Source of the DNA: Blepharisma stoltei ATCC 30299
Lineage: Eukaryota; Protista; Ciliophora
DNA length: 64,000 nucleotides
Direction: 5' to 3'
Assembly (NCBI GenBank): GCA_965603825.1
Contig: CBFDEM010000051.1
Location: 496,001 to 560,000 of the forward strand
The notes beneath the pieces were generated by a model. The model did no database searches and was not told where the DNA came from. It saw only the letters and a program-made list of their open reading frames with translations. A program made the position numbers and the translations under genes. Positions 24,022-37,900 of the stretch are shown here, one piece after another (position 1 is the stretch's first letter; each line of letters begins with the position of its first letter).

Positions 24022-26085
24022 ATGTCCCTTAAAGGAGAAGTGAAAATTGCTGTTCATCTTGAACGATTCAGAAATATTGAATTGTTTAAGCAAGGATTAT
24101 ATCAGCTTCGCTTCAGACTATATTACACATTAGATTCGGAAGTAATTTTGAAATAGACTTTTTATGCAAATCCAACAGAACTATGAAGCCTAAATAAGTC
24201 GGCGAGAAACTGACTTAAAAAAGATCCTTCAAGCGTTCTATCAGCATATATTGATGATGAAATTCATGCCTATAACACTCGCTCTTTTCTAATCAGATAT
24301 CAAGAAGAAAATTTCTTATTGAATGAGCTGTGTGTATTTGTCTGTTCAGTTCCGGCTAAAACAAAAGTAGCCTTGACTCTTGAAGCAGAACTTCTCTATA
24401 GTAATTTAGAAAAAAAGAATAGAAAAGAAGAGTCTGATGAACTCAGAGTTCTGGATACAAATCCGGTCATGAAGCAAGTTGTAGCAAAAACCTATATAAT
24501 TAGCAATCTTTGAAATCCTATACACCAGTACTTGCCTATAAGCTTCGATCCGACTTATTTTTGCTCAATTGATGCAATTATTCACGTTTTGCCATTCTCT
24601 TATGACATCGGGCACAATGGAGTTATGAAAATTCAAAATGAATGCTTTGATCAGCTAGATAAAGTTGAAAAAAAGATTGCTGATCTAGCTTATTATAGTT
24701 TTCTAGATCCTTTAAGGCTTAGCTATAATACTATTAGGGTATTGGCCCTTTTAATACAAAATTCAAATCTGGTCAAATCAAAAGATATCCAAAAATTTAT
24801 ACCAAGAGAACTTAAAAATCCGACTTTCAATAGAGAAGATTTGCAAGTCAGTTTTTATGATCTAATAGAAACTGATGACCCTGAAGAAATTTCTCAGAGG
24901 ATTATGGATGAGATCCAAATTGTGGGCTATGAAATCGAAAAATCGTTTGCGATGCTAATACAACTTATAGAAATTTCTAATAATATCCCAATTGATATCC
25001 TAAAAGGATTTTTTGAGCAGCAAGTTAATAAGCATTTTCAAGAGTACATAATAATTGAAAATAAGTCCCCAAGTATCTATCGAAATTGCAGAGAGTATGC
25101 TCAGAAAGCTGAAGAAATCCGCAGATCTCCTTATTATGAAAATTTAGAAAGACTGGAAATTCATTCAGAAGATCTATACCATGAAAATGATTGCCATCCT
25201 ATATTTTTTCTAGAAAATTATAATACAGTAGAGACAAGCTTGCTTCAGTGCCAAGCACCTATTAAAGTAGATCCTCAAGACCTGACAGTTTGCAAAATAA
25301 ATGACATTCATGTATTAGTCCTTGTTCATGGATACAAAGGTTGCTCAGCTGACATGCATCTCATAAAAGGCTATATCAACCAGATTTACCCAGATATTCA
25401 CATTTTATCATCTAAAACTAACGAATACCAATCAGATTCCCTAATTGGTTTGCAAGGATACAATTTGGCTTCTGAAATAATCCAATACATATCCATTAAT
25501 CGTATTCCTCTCCACCGCTTAAAACTTTCTTTCCTTGGCCATTCTTTGGGTGGACTCATAGTCAGATCAGCTCTTCCTCACTTATCACGTCTAAAAGAAA
25601 ACTTATATTCCCTTGTAACCTTATCATCTCCTCATTTAGGCATTGGCATGTCAAGGAACCCACTCCTCGAGCTAGGAAAATGATTCATAAGAAATTATCA
25701 AGGAAGCGATTCTTTTTCGCAAATGACTTTCCAAGATTCAGCTAATTTAAAAGACAGCTATATTTATGAATTAAGTCAGCATCAAGGCTTAGAATGATTT
25801 GAACACATTTTATTATTTAGTTGTCGAGATGATCCTTATGTTAACGAAGAGTCTGCAAGGATCCAGATGAGCTCGCATATGAAATATTCAGCAGGATATG
25901 AAGAAATGATAAACAATATTTGGGGGAAAGTTAATATGGAAAGAATCACAAGAATTGATGTGCACTTCAAGCATGAAGATTTGAGGAAGCAGTGCTTGTG
26001 CTGTGGGAATAGACATATTGATTTTATTGACAACTCTTGCTTCATCAGGATGATTTGCTACAGCTTCCCTATATTGTTTACATAA
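24022..26085 (+). CDS. FAM135-like protein with C-terminal DUF676 alpha/beta hydrolase (putative lipase), about 682 aa
   Basis: N-terminal VHLERFRNIELFKQGLYQLRF and TRSFLIRYQEE. Hydrolase motifs VLVHGYKG, SFLGHSLGGLIVRSAL, LSSPHLG. One intron and several TGA=Trp codons. Confidence 0.9.
24142..24156 (+). other. 15-nt intron GTAATTTTGAAATAG
   Basis: GT-AG with A at -6; removal skips an in-frame TAG in the FAM135-like gene. Confidence 0.88.
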
Positions 26086-26129
26086 GTATTAATTGCATTA
26101 GCTTAAAATTATATTCACAAGCTTTTAAA

Positions 26130-29100
26130 CTAGACTATGGTATTTTCAATTTCAGAAGTGGCTAAGGAATTGTCCCCCGGGAACTCGACTTCTGTAAATC
26201 TTGGCGTAATACTTATAGATCCTGTTGGACTTATATTTTCCCTTCTCTTTTTGGTCCAATTTCTCCAGCTTTTAAATACACTTTTTGCATAAATCATAGC
26301 AAAAAACAAATTGGTTTTTCCTTTACTATTTATTTGCAAATTCTAAATAAATCTTACCTTTGATTCTGAATAGAAATTTGTTGATATTTTATCCCTTAGC
26401 TGCTGCAGTTTTCTGGAGGTGCTATGCTCTTCTTTTCTAATTAATTTCTGTGATTTTGAGTCTAAGTTTTTAGCTAAATCTTTTGCATGTTTTCGTTTCA
26501 TGATGGAAAAAAGCATGTCATTGTAATAAATGAATCCATCTGCATCTATATGTAATTCCATAATAGATAGCAATTTAATAACCTTATCATGCGGAGTATC
26601 TTGACTTACCCCTAATTCGGGCCCTAGTTCATACATAAGCTCAACCAAGAATTTATAATGAATTCTCATCCCTGAGCTTTGCAATGAGTACGGTCCTCAT
26701 GCCTTTTTGAATTTTTTCACATCTTTATTGAAAATTATGACCCCGCTTTGAGCGTCATTAGCGAAGTCTTCATAGTCTTGCAAAATGACCATCACAAACA
26801 CATTTAGCATAATAAAGGTTGTGGCTGATATGAAGGTGCATCAGTATATGTAAGAAATTGTTTTCCCAACTGAAGAGTTCATACAGTCCCATAGTGCGTT
26901 AGGCCAGTTTTCCCCTGTTGAGTGTCTAAACAGCTTCACTATAGCTTTATCAAAATTATGCATGTTATTGTAATCGTCAAAGCACTCCCCGCTATCAATA
27001 GAATGATAAAGATAAGCTCCCAGAACAGCATAAATCACAAAAATCAACAGTAAAACAGCTGAGACATTTAAAATGGAAGGTATTGAGTAAGACACCAACG
27101 TAATCAGCTCTTGCAAAGTTTTAAACTTTTTTACTAGCCGGATTACCCTCGTCACCCTAAGAACTCTGATAGTTCTGATAAGCTGTGGAGCTGTATTAAT
27201 CAAGTTATTGCCCGATGTGATTATATAGGTAAATATTAAGTCTATAATTGAAGAAACGACTACAAAAAAATCAAAACGATTTCAGCTGTTGTAAAAATAT
27301 ACATAGCCCATTCCTGTAATCTTAATTGCACCTTCAGCAATGAAAACATACGTAAAAGCTGTATTAAAGTTTTCTAAAACACTTGTGTACTCTGCTGATG
27401 CCTGATCATAATAGAGGCACATTAATATAAAATTCAGACCTATACATATGCTTATAAAAGCTCCGAAAATCCAGTGTTCTTGGAGATCGTAAAAAAATTT
27501 TTGGAATTTGTTTTCAGGTTTACTTGATTTTTCTATCTGAGGCTTTGATTGAGCAATTAGCGATTGTATTTCTACTCATACCATTTGCTCTTTAGATAAA
27601 ATAAGTGCAGCTAACGAACTTTCATTCTTTTTGGCTTCAGCAAATTTTTCGAACATGACACCAATCAGAAGATTGATAAAAAAAATAGACGACAATGACA
27701 TATGAACAATAAAATAAGTAGCTGCACTCGGATAATAATTAGGAATAGGCGCATATCCTTCTTTGTACGCCGCACATGTTTGATACATTCAATCAGGCCA
27801 TCCTTCTTGTGTAGTTAATATAAAGGAATCAACTATTCCAGTTGGAACATCATCAAAATTGAAATCGATAGCTTTTCATGAGTATCCTAGCTTTTCACAC
27901 TGGACTTGGTTATCGATATTTGAGTTGGAGCATGTATATAGTTTCCCTCCAAATAACGATACGCCTAAAATAGAAAAAATTAGCCAAAGGAGTAGAATAG
28001 CTGCTGAGACGTTTACGACTGAAATTAATGACTCTATTAAAGCATTAATCATGATCTTCATTTGTAAGTTGTGGCTGATGATTCTTAGTGGTCTGAGAAT
28101 TCGGAGAAGCCTCAGCACTTTAATAGCGGGGATATTTACACTTGTAAGAGCTTGATCTATAACTGAAAGGATTACAATAATAAAGTCCAGCTGGCATCAG
28201 CTATCTCGTAGATATGATCCCTTTGAAGCCAAAAACCCCATTGATATTGCTTTTATGATCATTTCTAAGCCAAAAACAACAGTGAATGCTAGATCAAAAT
28301 AATTAGAAATAACAACTTGTATATCATCAGAAGATAGCTCCAACAAATAAGTGTCCCAAATTAATTTCAGAGTGCTCACAACAATTACAAATAAAACAAC
28401 GCTTTCATATTTTGGGCTACTTGTGATGATATAGCAGAGTTTCCTCAGCTTATTTTCTTTTGAGAAAATATAAAAACTTCTTTGACACTCAATTCCCTGA
28501 AACATGACCTTAGCTCTTTTCATTTCGCTTTGTCGCTTTAAATCCTCCAAAGTTTTGGTTCCTTCAGCTTCTTCATAAATTTCTTCGCTTTCGCTCTCAT
28601 CACTTAAATCTTCCAAGATTTTTAACCGCTGCTCTTTTCTTTTTTTGATTCTTGACGATATTGAAAAAATGCTTCCACGTCTGCTTTCGCTCGTCAATGA
28701 TCCTGTCATGTCTACGCTATCTTCATCTTCTTCAGTTGAAAACATATCGAGAACTAAAGCTAAAAAAATGTTTAGCAAGATATAGTTCCCAAGCATAATT
28801 CAGAAAGCTGGGAATAAAACTCCAGCATAGCCATAGCTTGATCTCATGGTTGTATACACTTGGTTATTCCAGTTTTCTTCTGTCATTATTTGGAAAGTAG
28901 AGAGGAATGCAAAATAGAAAGTATCTCAGTTATACTGATCATGAGCTTCAGTATAATTGAGCTTTCTTGAGTAGAGCTGCAAGCCCAATATTGTAAAAAT
29001 CAAGACAAAGAGGGAAAGGAATATCATCAAATAAAAAAAATTCATCGTGTTTTTTTGAAGCTTTTTCAAGATGTGGGTCATTGTTTGGAGGTATCTAAAA

Positions 29101-32054
29101 AGCCGTAGAACTCTGACAACTCTGAAAATTCGCAAAATTCGGATTGCCCTAAGAGCTTGAAGAGAGGTCCCAGACAAAAATAAAAATTCGCATAATCCAA
29201 CAATAGAAATTGCTCCATCAAATAAATTCATAGCTTCTCTACAATACCCAAGAAACCCAAGAGCAATAATTTTGATGCCCATTTCTGAAATAAAAACAAA
29301 GGTAAAAACTGTATTTATGGTTGTTAGAGACTCCTGTGTGGATGAATCAATTCCATAGTGATTAATAGAAAGTGCAATAGTATTCGCAATTACACAAAGG
29401 ATCATTATATAGTTTAACCACCTATGTTTGACAATTACTTTCAGAGGATATGTAAGTCTCTCTCAGTTTCCAAGTGGTCCATTATTCCATAGCCGAAAAT
29501 TCATGTTATCCATTTTTTCTTTGTACTCATGAGTTTTTATTCCTTCATTAGTATTTACATCATACCCAGACCAGTCTCCAGTCACATTTTTTGTCATCTT
29601 ATCTTGTTCCTTGATAGTTTGGACAATTAGTGGGACTTCGATTGTTGTCATATAAAATGCATATTTTATTTTATATTTTCCACACAAAAATCGAAAAATC
29701 TCGTTTCTGTCACCCTTCTCGCTATATTTATCAAGTTTGTCAGAGACTTTATTGTCTCATACTTGTGTGAGCTTTTCTAGATTAGATAAGACATCTTTCC
29801 CACCTCTATATGCAAATTTATATTCAAGCAGTGGGCTAGTATTGATTTCGCTATTAGATGGGATTTCACTCGATAGAACATCGTATTCGGAAGTTGATGC
29901 AACTTCATGCAGCTCATTGATAGAAACTTTCACCTTAGTTGATTCTGAAACATCTCTCATTTTTTGGCGTAAATCTTTTCTTATTTTTAAATTCTTTACT
30001 CTTCCCAACAAAAAAGGTGAGATTGATTTGTCGCCAGTACTTTTAGAAGTTGGCTCTCTTTTTACAGGACTTTTGAACAAAGAAGTCACTCTTGACAGCA
30101 GTGAGGGTTTTTTTGATAAAACCCCGCCTTTAGTCTCAATTGTTGCAGAAGGTGAGTTTCCCATACTATGAAATACTGGAGGGCTGCTTACAGCTCCTAA
30201 AAATGCCTCATCATTAGCATGATCAGCTGAGTCATTTTGTTTTAAAGTTTTGCTTTCAGCAGTGTGCTTTAAATTTAGATTATTTGATTTATCTCATTTT
30301 GGAGACGGCAGGCTTTCCTCTAGATCTTTAACAGATATTTCTTCATTATTTTGCAACTTTATACTACTGTCAACAGAATTAAATGCTTCAAAAAAATCTT
30401 CGCCTTTATTTTTTAAATTTAATCTTGCTTGCTTGTAAATTCCATGCATTTTTAACTTTTTATTTTGACTGAACAAAATTTTCTCATCTTTAAACAAGGA
30501 TCGGCTTGTTTCTTGCTGGTCTTTATATGCATCATCTCTATTTAAATCAATTTCTGATTCAGATTTATCGAGATTCATGCGATCGTTGATATCCTGCTCA
30601 AAAGAATCATGGTCTTGGACTAAATTTTCTATAATAGATGACCCTACTGATTCTTCTTCGCAGACTTCTTTGTTTTTTTGCTGAACTCTTAAATTATCCA
30701 TTTCTTTAGAAAAATTTGAATATAAAACGACTTCCATGATATTCAGCAGCAAGTAAGTACCAATGAACATTAGTGAGATCGAAAACATGATTGCAATTGG
30801 CTGATTAAATGCTTTTTCCCCAATAATCATTATTTGTGTTCATCCTTCTTCACTGATAGAAGTATAGCATTGCAAAAGGCCTATTAAAGCATTATCTCAG
30901 TTAATTTTCCCATATACTGGATTATTCAAACTTTTAACGCATTCATAGCCTGGCGGACACGTTTTGCTTCCACAGACTCAGTCATCACCAGGTGCCATTA
31001 AATACTTTCCAGTCTCAAGATCCATGCATTGGTATTTAAACAGTCCTCCAAATAATTGATTTCCAATAATTCCGTATATAAGCAGTGTAAAAAATAATAT
31101 CAGAATAATATTGGATAAAGGTATTATAGATTTCAGTAAAGCAACAATAAGCACTCTTAGCCCAGGCAGAGAAGAAATGCTTTTGAGTGGCCTGAGAATT
31201 CTTAATGAACGTAATGCATTTAATTTAACACCTGTTGTAGCATAATATGATGCTCATGCAGTACTGACAATAACAGCGTCGAGAACATTTCATGGGTCTC
31301 GCAAATAAGCTCCTTTATTGAGTATGAGCCCAAGAGCTAAAATTTTTAATCCTGCTTCTATTGTATATACATATAAAAATATATAATCAAGAATTTGTAA
31401 ATGTTCAGGCTGAGTGCTTGCATTCGGATCCTCAATAGATAAGACTACTGTATTTGCAAAAATAAAGCACAAGATAATCGCATCAAATACCGGATTCGAT
31501 ACTATGTGCAGACAGAACTGAGAAATTCCTGAAATTATCCTTAAAATAGCTTTTCTGAGCTCAAGCATAGGATAATCATCATTTTTCCCTTCAATGATTT
31601 CAAAGGGAGTCCATTCCCTAATTTTTATATATCCTTCCAGTAGCTCATTGTCACCAATATTCGCCAATGGTTGGTTCATTGACACTGTTTTTGAGCTTAA
31701 AAACGAATTTGCAGCTGAGTAAATTTTCTTGTTATTTGAATTTTCCTGTTCAATTCGTTGAAGAAACGAAGCGTGTAGTGCAGTTAGCTGTGGCTCAATA
31801 CTTAGACGGGTTGGAGATCTAAGGGTTTCATTATAACTCGATTCCATTATGAGAGCGTGAAAAGGAGTTGTAGTAGGTCTGCTAGGATAACCAGAAGAAT
31901 AGGTATTCTTACGATTTGGCTCTTCATTATGGATATTATTTGTTTTTTTCTTTCTAGTTGACTTTCTTCTAAGAGTCTTCTCATATCAATCTTCAGAAAT
32001 TTCTTCGCCGTCAAGTCCAGATATGTGAGAATAGGAACTAATTGATCTTTCCAT
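26130..32054 (-). CDS. Four-domain voltage-gated cation channel (Cav-like, EEEE ring), paralog 3, about 1969 aa, one 15-nt intron
   Basis: Pore loops SEEGW, TEENW, TQEGW, TGENW; four Arg-rich S4 segments; colinear with paralog 1; intron 26343-26357. Confidence 0.93.
26343..26357 (-). other. 15-nt intron GTAAGATTTATTTAG
   Basis: Same position and phase as intron 11714-11728 of paralog 1. Confidence 0.9.
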
Positions 32055-32420
32055 TATAAGAGAAAGATAATTAAAAATTTTAATAAGATTGAACTGCTCA
32101 TTTTTTAGCTATGAGTAAACAGCTTAAGAGAGAAATCATGAATGCTGTGCTCTTGGTAAAAAAATTTATATAGATGTTAATTTTGCATGATATTATTCAG
32201 TAAGTAATCTAGAATAGGAATATGGAAAACCGTCCATGACACTAAGCTTATTAAATTATTACAGAACTCTTATAGGTTTACAATTGATGCTACTTGATTA
32301 AAATTATTCCAGTAATCACAAGAGCTTACGTCACTCATATAAAAACTGGAGAATTACTGGAAAAGAAGCACCAATTATGATCTAATAAAATTTATAATTA
32401 TTTATTCTAATACAAGTTTA

Positions 32421-33050
32421 CTAATCAATTGAATCCAAATCACTTGGCAGTCCAAAATGAGCGTTCAAGTCAGATTCTGAAATTGCTGGATTTTGTTTCA
32501 TGAGTCATGATTTTGCTACCCAAATATTATCTGTCCATATATTAGCTTTCCTCTTGCATTCTTCTATTTCTGCTAAATTTTGCTCATAAGAAGCTTTAGA
32601 GCACTTTTTAAGTGAGTCTCTCTCAGCTGTCAGCTTTTCTTTTAATTCTTTCAATCTTTTTAGAGATTTAAGTTGCTCAATTCTCTCTTTGCTTTGTGGT
32701 TTTTCTTCTTTCTTATTTTCAAGCTCTTGAGCCAATGCTTTCCTTTGTGTTTTTAGTTCAGAAATATTATTCGATAGGTCATCAATTTTTATTCTTCTCA
32801 TTTGCTGAGATTTGGATGGGAGAGCTCATAAGAAGTTCCCTGCGCCAATTTTATCTTGCTCGACAAGGTTATCGTCTATTAAACTTTGAACAATATCTTT
32901 AATTGTCTGCAATACAACTCCTGCTTTGCTGCCGATGTTTTCGATCTCTTTGAGATTAAAAACCTCTTTCTAAGTAGTTGTTACTCGTGTATAAAAAATA
33001 TTCAGGATTCTTTGCCGCTTTTCTTCAACGCTTAAACCTTTTTTGCCCAT
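32421..33050 (-). CDS. MND1: Meiotic nuclear division protein 1, 204 aa
   Basis: MGKKGLSVEEKRQRIL, VFNLKEIE, KDIVQSLIDDNLVEQDKIGAGNFLW(TGA)ALPS, ANIWTDNI; one 15-nt intron. Confidence 0.95.
32970..32984 (-). other. 15-nt intron GTAACAACTACTTAG
   Basis: Removal joins FYTR to KEVFNLKE of MND1 and skips an in-frame TAG. Confidence 0.9.
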
Positions 33051-33381
33051 TTATAAAGGCGGGATCGAGAAAAATAAGAAAATTGCAGATGGTTAATGTT
33101 TAAAAGAAAAGGAAGCAGCATAAATGCAAACTTTTAATTTAAGCTAGTATATTAAATTAGGATATTAATACAATAATATTCCTCAATAAGAATTCCAAGA
33201 TAATAATTAAATATCTTGGAAGCCTAACTTCCTTAAGCTAGCTAGCTCTAAAATAATTAAAATTAATTAGACTTGAACTGTCTTTATTATAAATAGCACA
33301 TAGTAGCATTTCTTCAGATAATAAAATACCGAGTAGACTTAATTTTTATACAAGTTAATGGTGAACTTTTCTTAATAAATA

Positions 33382-33663
33382 ATGGAATCTCAATTTGAGG
33401 CTGCAGTGAAAATCGTCAATGAATTTGGAGCAAGCGGACAACAACTAACAAATGACCAAGCTTTAGCTCTCTATGGACTCTTCAAACAAGCAACAGTCGG
33501 CGACGTCAACACCAGCAGACCAGGAATGTTTGATCCAAAAGGTAAAGCCAAATGGGATGCATGGAATGCTAAAAAGAACGTAAGCCAAGCTGATGCTAGA
33601 GCCCAATATATTCAGACTGCTCGCTCAGTTCTCCCTCCTGCCTGGGCTTCCAGAATTGCGTAA
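33382..33663 (+). CDS. ACBP: Acyl-CoA-binding protein
   Basis: [37 protein letters not shown]. Confidence 0.96.
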   Translation: MESQFEAAVKIVNEFGASGQQLTNDQALALYGLFKQATVGDVNTSRPGMFDPKGKAKWDAWNAKKNVSQADARAQYIQTARSVLPPAWASRIA

Positions 33664-34476
33664 GTTAACTTAAAATTTATTAAGTCTATCTAAATCTCAA
33701 TCATAATGCTTTCTTTCATTCATTGTTAATATATTGTTGGAATCTAAAATCAAGCCAGGGAGATGCCGAGAAAAGCAGATGATTAAATGAAATGGCAATT
33801 TTGTATTGGGTAAGAAATTTTAGGAGAAAATTATAAATAGAGTTGACTAGCATTGAAGAGGCGTCCAAGCTATATATCTGGATATAAAAACATATGAAAT
33901 AGCTCAGATTCATCGCATAAAAGTGTGTAAGCAAAAATCAAAGCTTTTTAGCTTCAGATTATTTGCTTGAAATTTAATCAACTTGATATGTAAATCTGCA
34001 TCTAGTCAAAATTTATTATTTAAATGGTTTTACTTTTCAGGAACCTCTTTGCAGTTGCTTTAGAAGCTTTTTTCATTTAAAAACATTTAAGTGATTTATT
34101 GGTGCATTCTAAATCGTGAAAGATCGAGATGGTAAGGTTTTTGTCAAAAATACGACTTCGCTGCAGATCGGCAAGGTTTATGGATAAATTGAAGATGCGA
34201 GTTGTCAAAATAATAAAACTAAAAAGAAACTGTTTGTTATTTTAATTTTTTGAGATAAAATGGAATGGAATGGATTTCATTTCATATTTCTCAGATCTCC
34301 TAGGCATAAAAATAGTAATCTAATTTTAATTAAAAATTGAATGGTGCACGCAAATAATAATTGCTTATTAAATTTGTATTTATCAATCAATATTTATATC
34401 TAATCATACTTAATTATTAGATAGAGAGTTAGCACTGATTTTTTAGCTAAAATTATTTATTTATTTATTTCAACAA

Positions 34477-35253
34477 TTAAAGTTTAGTCTCATTTTTCAA
34501 ATTTATTTCTTCGAGCTTTTGCTTTTTTCTTGGGTGATCTTCGCTCATGACTTTTCTAGCTTTTACGACAACGTTCTCAATGATAAGCGGTTCAATGTAA
34601 TTAGCATCAAAAGGAGCAACCACTAAGAAAAAGCATCCGTTTCTAAAGTGCGATGTCACTTCCTTGACGACTATATTATTAAAAGTAATTAAAGAATCTG
34701 ATTCAGTTTCTATAGTGCCTCTCATTACTTTATCTCCTGAAGTGTTATTTATCAATAACTTAGCTGGCCTTTCTGTGGTAAATAGCATAATTTTGAAGCG
34801 AACTGGTTTTGGTAACGAAATTTCATTTCCTTCCAAATCCACTAATTTAGACACAAGACAAAAGGCTCGCTCCTTATATACAGGATAAGGAATTGTGCTT
34901 AGCAACTCAATTTTATATTGGAAGTCCATATGGTCTCCACAAATCATCGACAGTAATTCCCAACTAGTGGTAGCTTCATTGCTTGGGATAATCACAGCCG
35001 AGCTGCTATTAGACCCTTTTAAGTTTCTTATTTCTTCTGAAACCTCGTTAATTTTTTCATTTGCCATTTGTGTTTGCTTTAATAAAAGAGTTATGATTTC
35101 AGCTTGCTGGCACATTGCCTGAGCTAATAATGATAAATCTGGGCTCGCAAATGCATTTTCTGATGAATAATTTTTCAATTTATTTATTTGAAACAGCAAT
35201 CCACAGTTACACTGACCATCTCCCGCAGGACAAATATTGTTCCACTTGCACAT
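34477..35253 (-). CDS. Uncharacterised protein with N-terminal coiled coil, beta-rich domain and basic NLS-like tail; possible Ig-fold transcription factor
   Basis: 258-aa ORF; ends IEPLIIENVVVKARK...PRKKQK. The fold assignment is inference only. Confidence 0.65.
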   Translation of the reverse strand: MCKWNNICPAGDGQCNCGLLFQINKLKNYSSENAFASPDLSLLAQAMCQQAEIITLLLKQTQMANEKINEVSEEIRNLKGSNSSSAVIIPSNEATTSWELLSMICGDHMDFQYKIELLSTIPYPVYKERAFCLVSKLVDLEGNEISLPKPVRFKIMLFTTERPAKLLINNTSGDKVMRGTIETESDSLITFNNIVVKEVTSHFRNGCFFLVVAPFDANYIEPLIIENVVVKARKVMSEDHPRKKQKLEEINLKNETKL

Positions 35254-36179
35254 TTCAAATGTCAGTAATGTCGATTTGAAATGTCTGGAATAAATGGCCT
35301 TGTTCTCGTCCCTTTTAAGATAATATTAGCATAAGATTAAGTACTTTATAGCTAAAAAATTGCCAAATTCATGAAGTAACAATTATATGAAACGTAACAG
35401 GCTAAAAAAATTATTTTTCTTATTTATTAATTTTTATATTTTTGAAAAATTTTTGAATAATAGATGAGAATTTTGAAAAGAAATTTAATATAAAGAAATC
35501 ATTAAGATAGGGAAAGCTTTATAAAAAACAAAAGTTTTTGATAAAATATTGAATCTTACTAAAAATAATATTTATTTTTCGGGGATTGAGAGGAATATTA
35601 AGGCATAGGAAAAATGGCTAATTAACGCAATATTAATTGTGAGTCAGCTGAAAGTTAACCTTCAGCAAAAATATTTTTGTTAGTTTAAGGGCAAAAATTG
35701 TGTTTATCCAAAGAGTAAATTTGCGATTGGGTTTTAAGCATAGCTATTCATAGTATATATTACTTAATATCTAAATGCTGAGAAATTTTGCTGGATAGCT
35801 TATCAAGTTACAAATTAAGCATTCTCCTCCCTATTTCTTGCCATATTTTAGTCTCCAGTGTTCCATTATTTCGAGACTAATTTAATATGGATTTTCTTTA
35901 AGTGAAATTTTCTTGAATAACTTCCTTCTTTTAAATTTTCTGAAATTTTAAGCATCAGAATTATTTATTATTTAGAATCGCTAAATAAAATTAGCTATGT
36001 ATTCGTAATTAAAGTTAATATCAACATGATTTTTGTTTCGTTTTATTAATGTTGATACCTGGAATTTGCTTTAATTTAAGATTTGGTTAAATTATTTTGG
36101 GATGAAAAATAAAACCTTCGTGAATTATAAATAACTTTTTAAATCGTTATACATTTTTATGATCGGTTATATATGATAA

Positions 36180-37742
36180 TTAATTATTACATGCAGAAAA
36201 TTTAAAAGTTTTTGTGGTTTGGACTTTGTTTGTCAAGTCTCGCAAATTTTTATTTACATAAACCATGTATTTATCAACTCTTTCAATCCCAATTATAACT
36301 GATATAAGGTCTCTGAGATTAATCTTGTATTTTATTTCATAGTTGTTTAGCGAGCACTCCCGAGTAAGTCTCTTTATTTCATTTTCTTGCATTTCAAGAT
36401 ATTCGTTTCTCAGTTTTGTTAATATATTCTCTAGAATCATAACTCCACTGATTCCTTCAAACCTTTCTTTTGATTTTTTCATGGCGGTTTCATCTTCATC
36501 GTAGATTTCTCAGAACAAGTTCATTCTTTTTGTGTGTTTATCTATTTTATATTCGGGCTTTTTCATTCTGATATTTTGTGTCAGTTTTGTAAGTCTTTCT
36601 TGAATATTGTTTCATCTATTTCTCTCAGTAAAAGCTGGAGTGTTTGATTTTCTTTCAGCCTGGGATAACAAAATTTCTGATTGCTCATCTATTTCTAAGC
36701 TTTTTTTAGCAAGGAGATTTAGGGAATTAATAGCTAAAGTGTCTAAAAATCTTGGGAAATGCTCAGGCTGAGGGATTTCATTGAGTTTTCATAGAGCTTT
36801 TATGATCCATTTGAGGCCTTCGCTTCGAGTATCTTTCCCTTCAAGAAGAAGTCCATAAAAGTGTGTAGATTGTGCAGCTTGCACTGAGTTTATTTGTTTT
36901 CTCAAAAGGCCTGCTTTGTCATCAAGCTCTTCAAGTTCATCTGTTCTATTTTTAATTTCCTTCAATATTTGTTCAATAATCAAATTAGTTTCAGCTTCTT
37001 TTCTGTTCAGCTCTTCCCTTCTGTTTTGCTTTCTAGAAAGAATTGCTGCAATTTCTTCTTGATTTTTTCTTTTATTTAGCTTAGCCTTCCTTTCAGCCTC
37101 AGCAACATCATTTTTTCATTCTGAGTAAGCATCTTGCACATTTTTCATTTCTTCTCTCATTTCTAAGCATTCTTTTCTTAATAATTCTCTCCTATCATTA
37201 ACTTTTACATACTCTTTTTCTAATTCTATTCAAATTTTCTTCAATTCATCTTCATAACTTTTATTAAATTTTGATTTTTCTTTATTTTCATACTCTTCTT
37301 GTTTTTTTATTAATCTCATTTCAGCTGTCTCTTGCACTTGTCCAAAGGAGTTTTTCGGTGTGATTTTATTTACAGATGATGACGATCTTTCTTTGGATTT
37401 TCTTAATGATAAATGCTGCTCAACGACATCTGCATGACTAAGTCTTCGTTTTAGTCTTTGCTGAGCTTCAATTAAATTTTCGACTGTTTCAATTCCTCGG
37501 ACGTTTTCTTCTCATTTTTCTAACGAGCCTACAGCTTCTTTTTCGCCATCTTCGCTTTGAAAGCGTCGAGTTCTTCTTGTTGTTTGGGAAAAAGCTGGAA
37601 TTTTTGGATTGAATTTTTCTGATGATTCTCGCAAGCTAGAATGAATTGCAATCCTGGAATCTATATTTTGTTGGCTTAAATTTGGTAATGAAGATCGCTT
37701 AGGAAAATCAGCAGAACTTGATCTTAACGCAAAAATATTCAT
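36180..37742 (-). CDS. Uncharacterised coiled-coil protein, about 520 aa
   Basis: Three track ORFs join via TGA=Trp; E/K-rich heptads and the block HFYGLLLEGKDTRSEGLKWIIKALW. Confidence 0.8.
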
Positions 37743-37900
37743 TTTTATTAGATGAAACCTTCGATACATGAAAAACATCCTAATCAAAGATTATTGAAAT
37801 AAGTTCAATAGAAAATAGGTGGATAATAAGTAAAATTGATATAAATTTAAATTAAAATTTTATTGAATCTCCAACAAATTTAAAAAAATTTGTTACACTG

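Noticed and set aside
11489-32054. Fragmented channel ORFs as pseudogenes or split genes
   Set aside because: All breaks are TGA at Trp positions or a 15-nt intron; the frames are continuous.
33716-34290. 72-aa ORF and short TGGAA/TTTCA repeats
   Set aside because: Non-ATG start, low complexity and too few repeat units.
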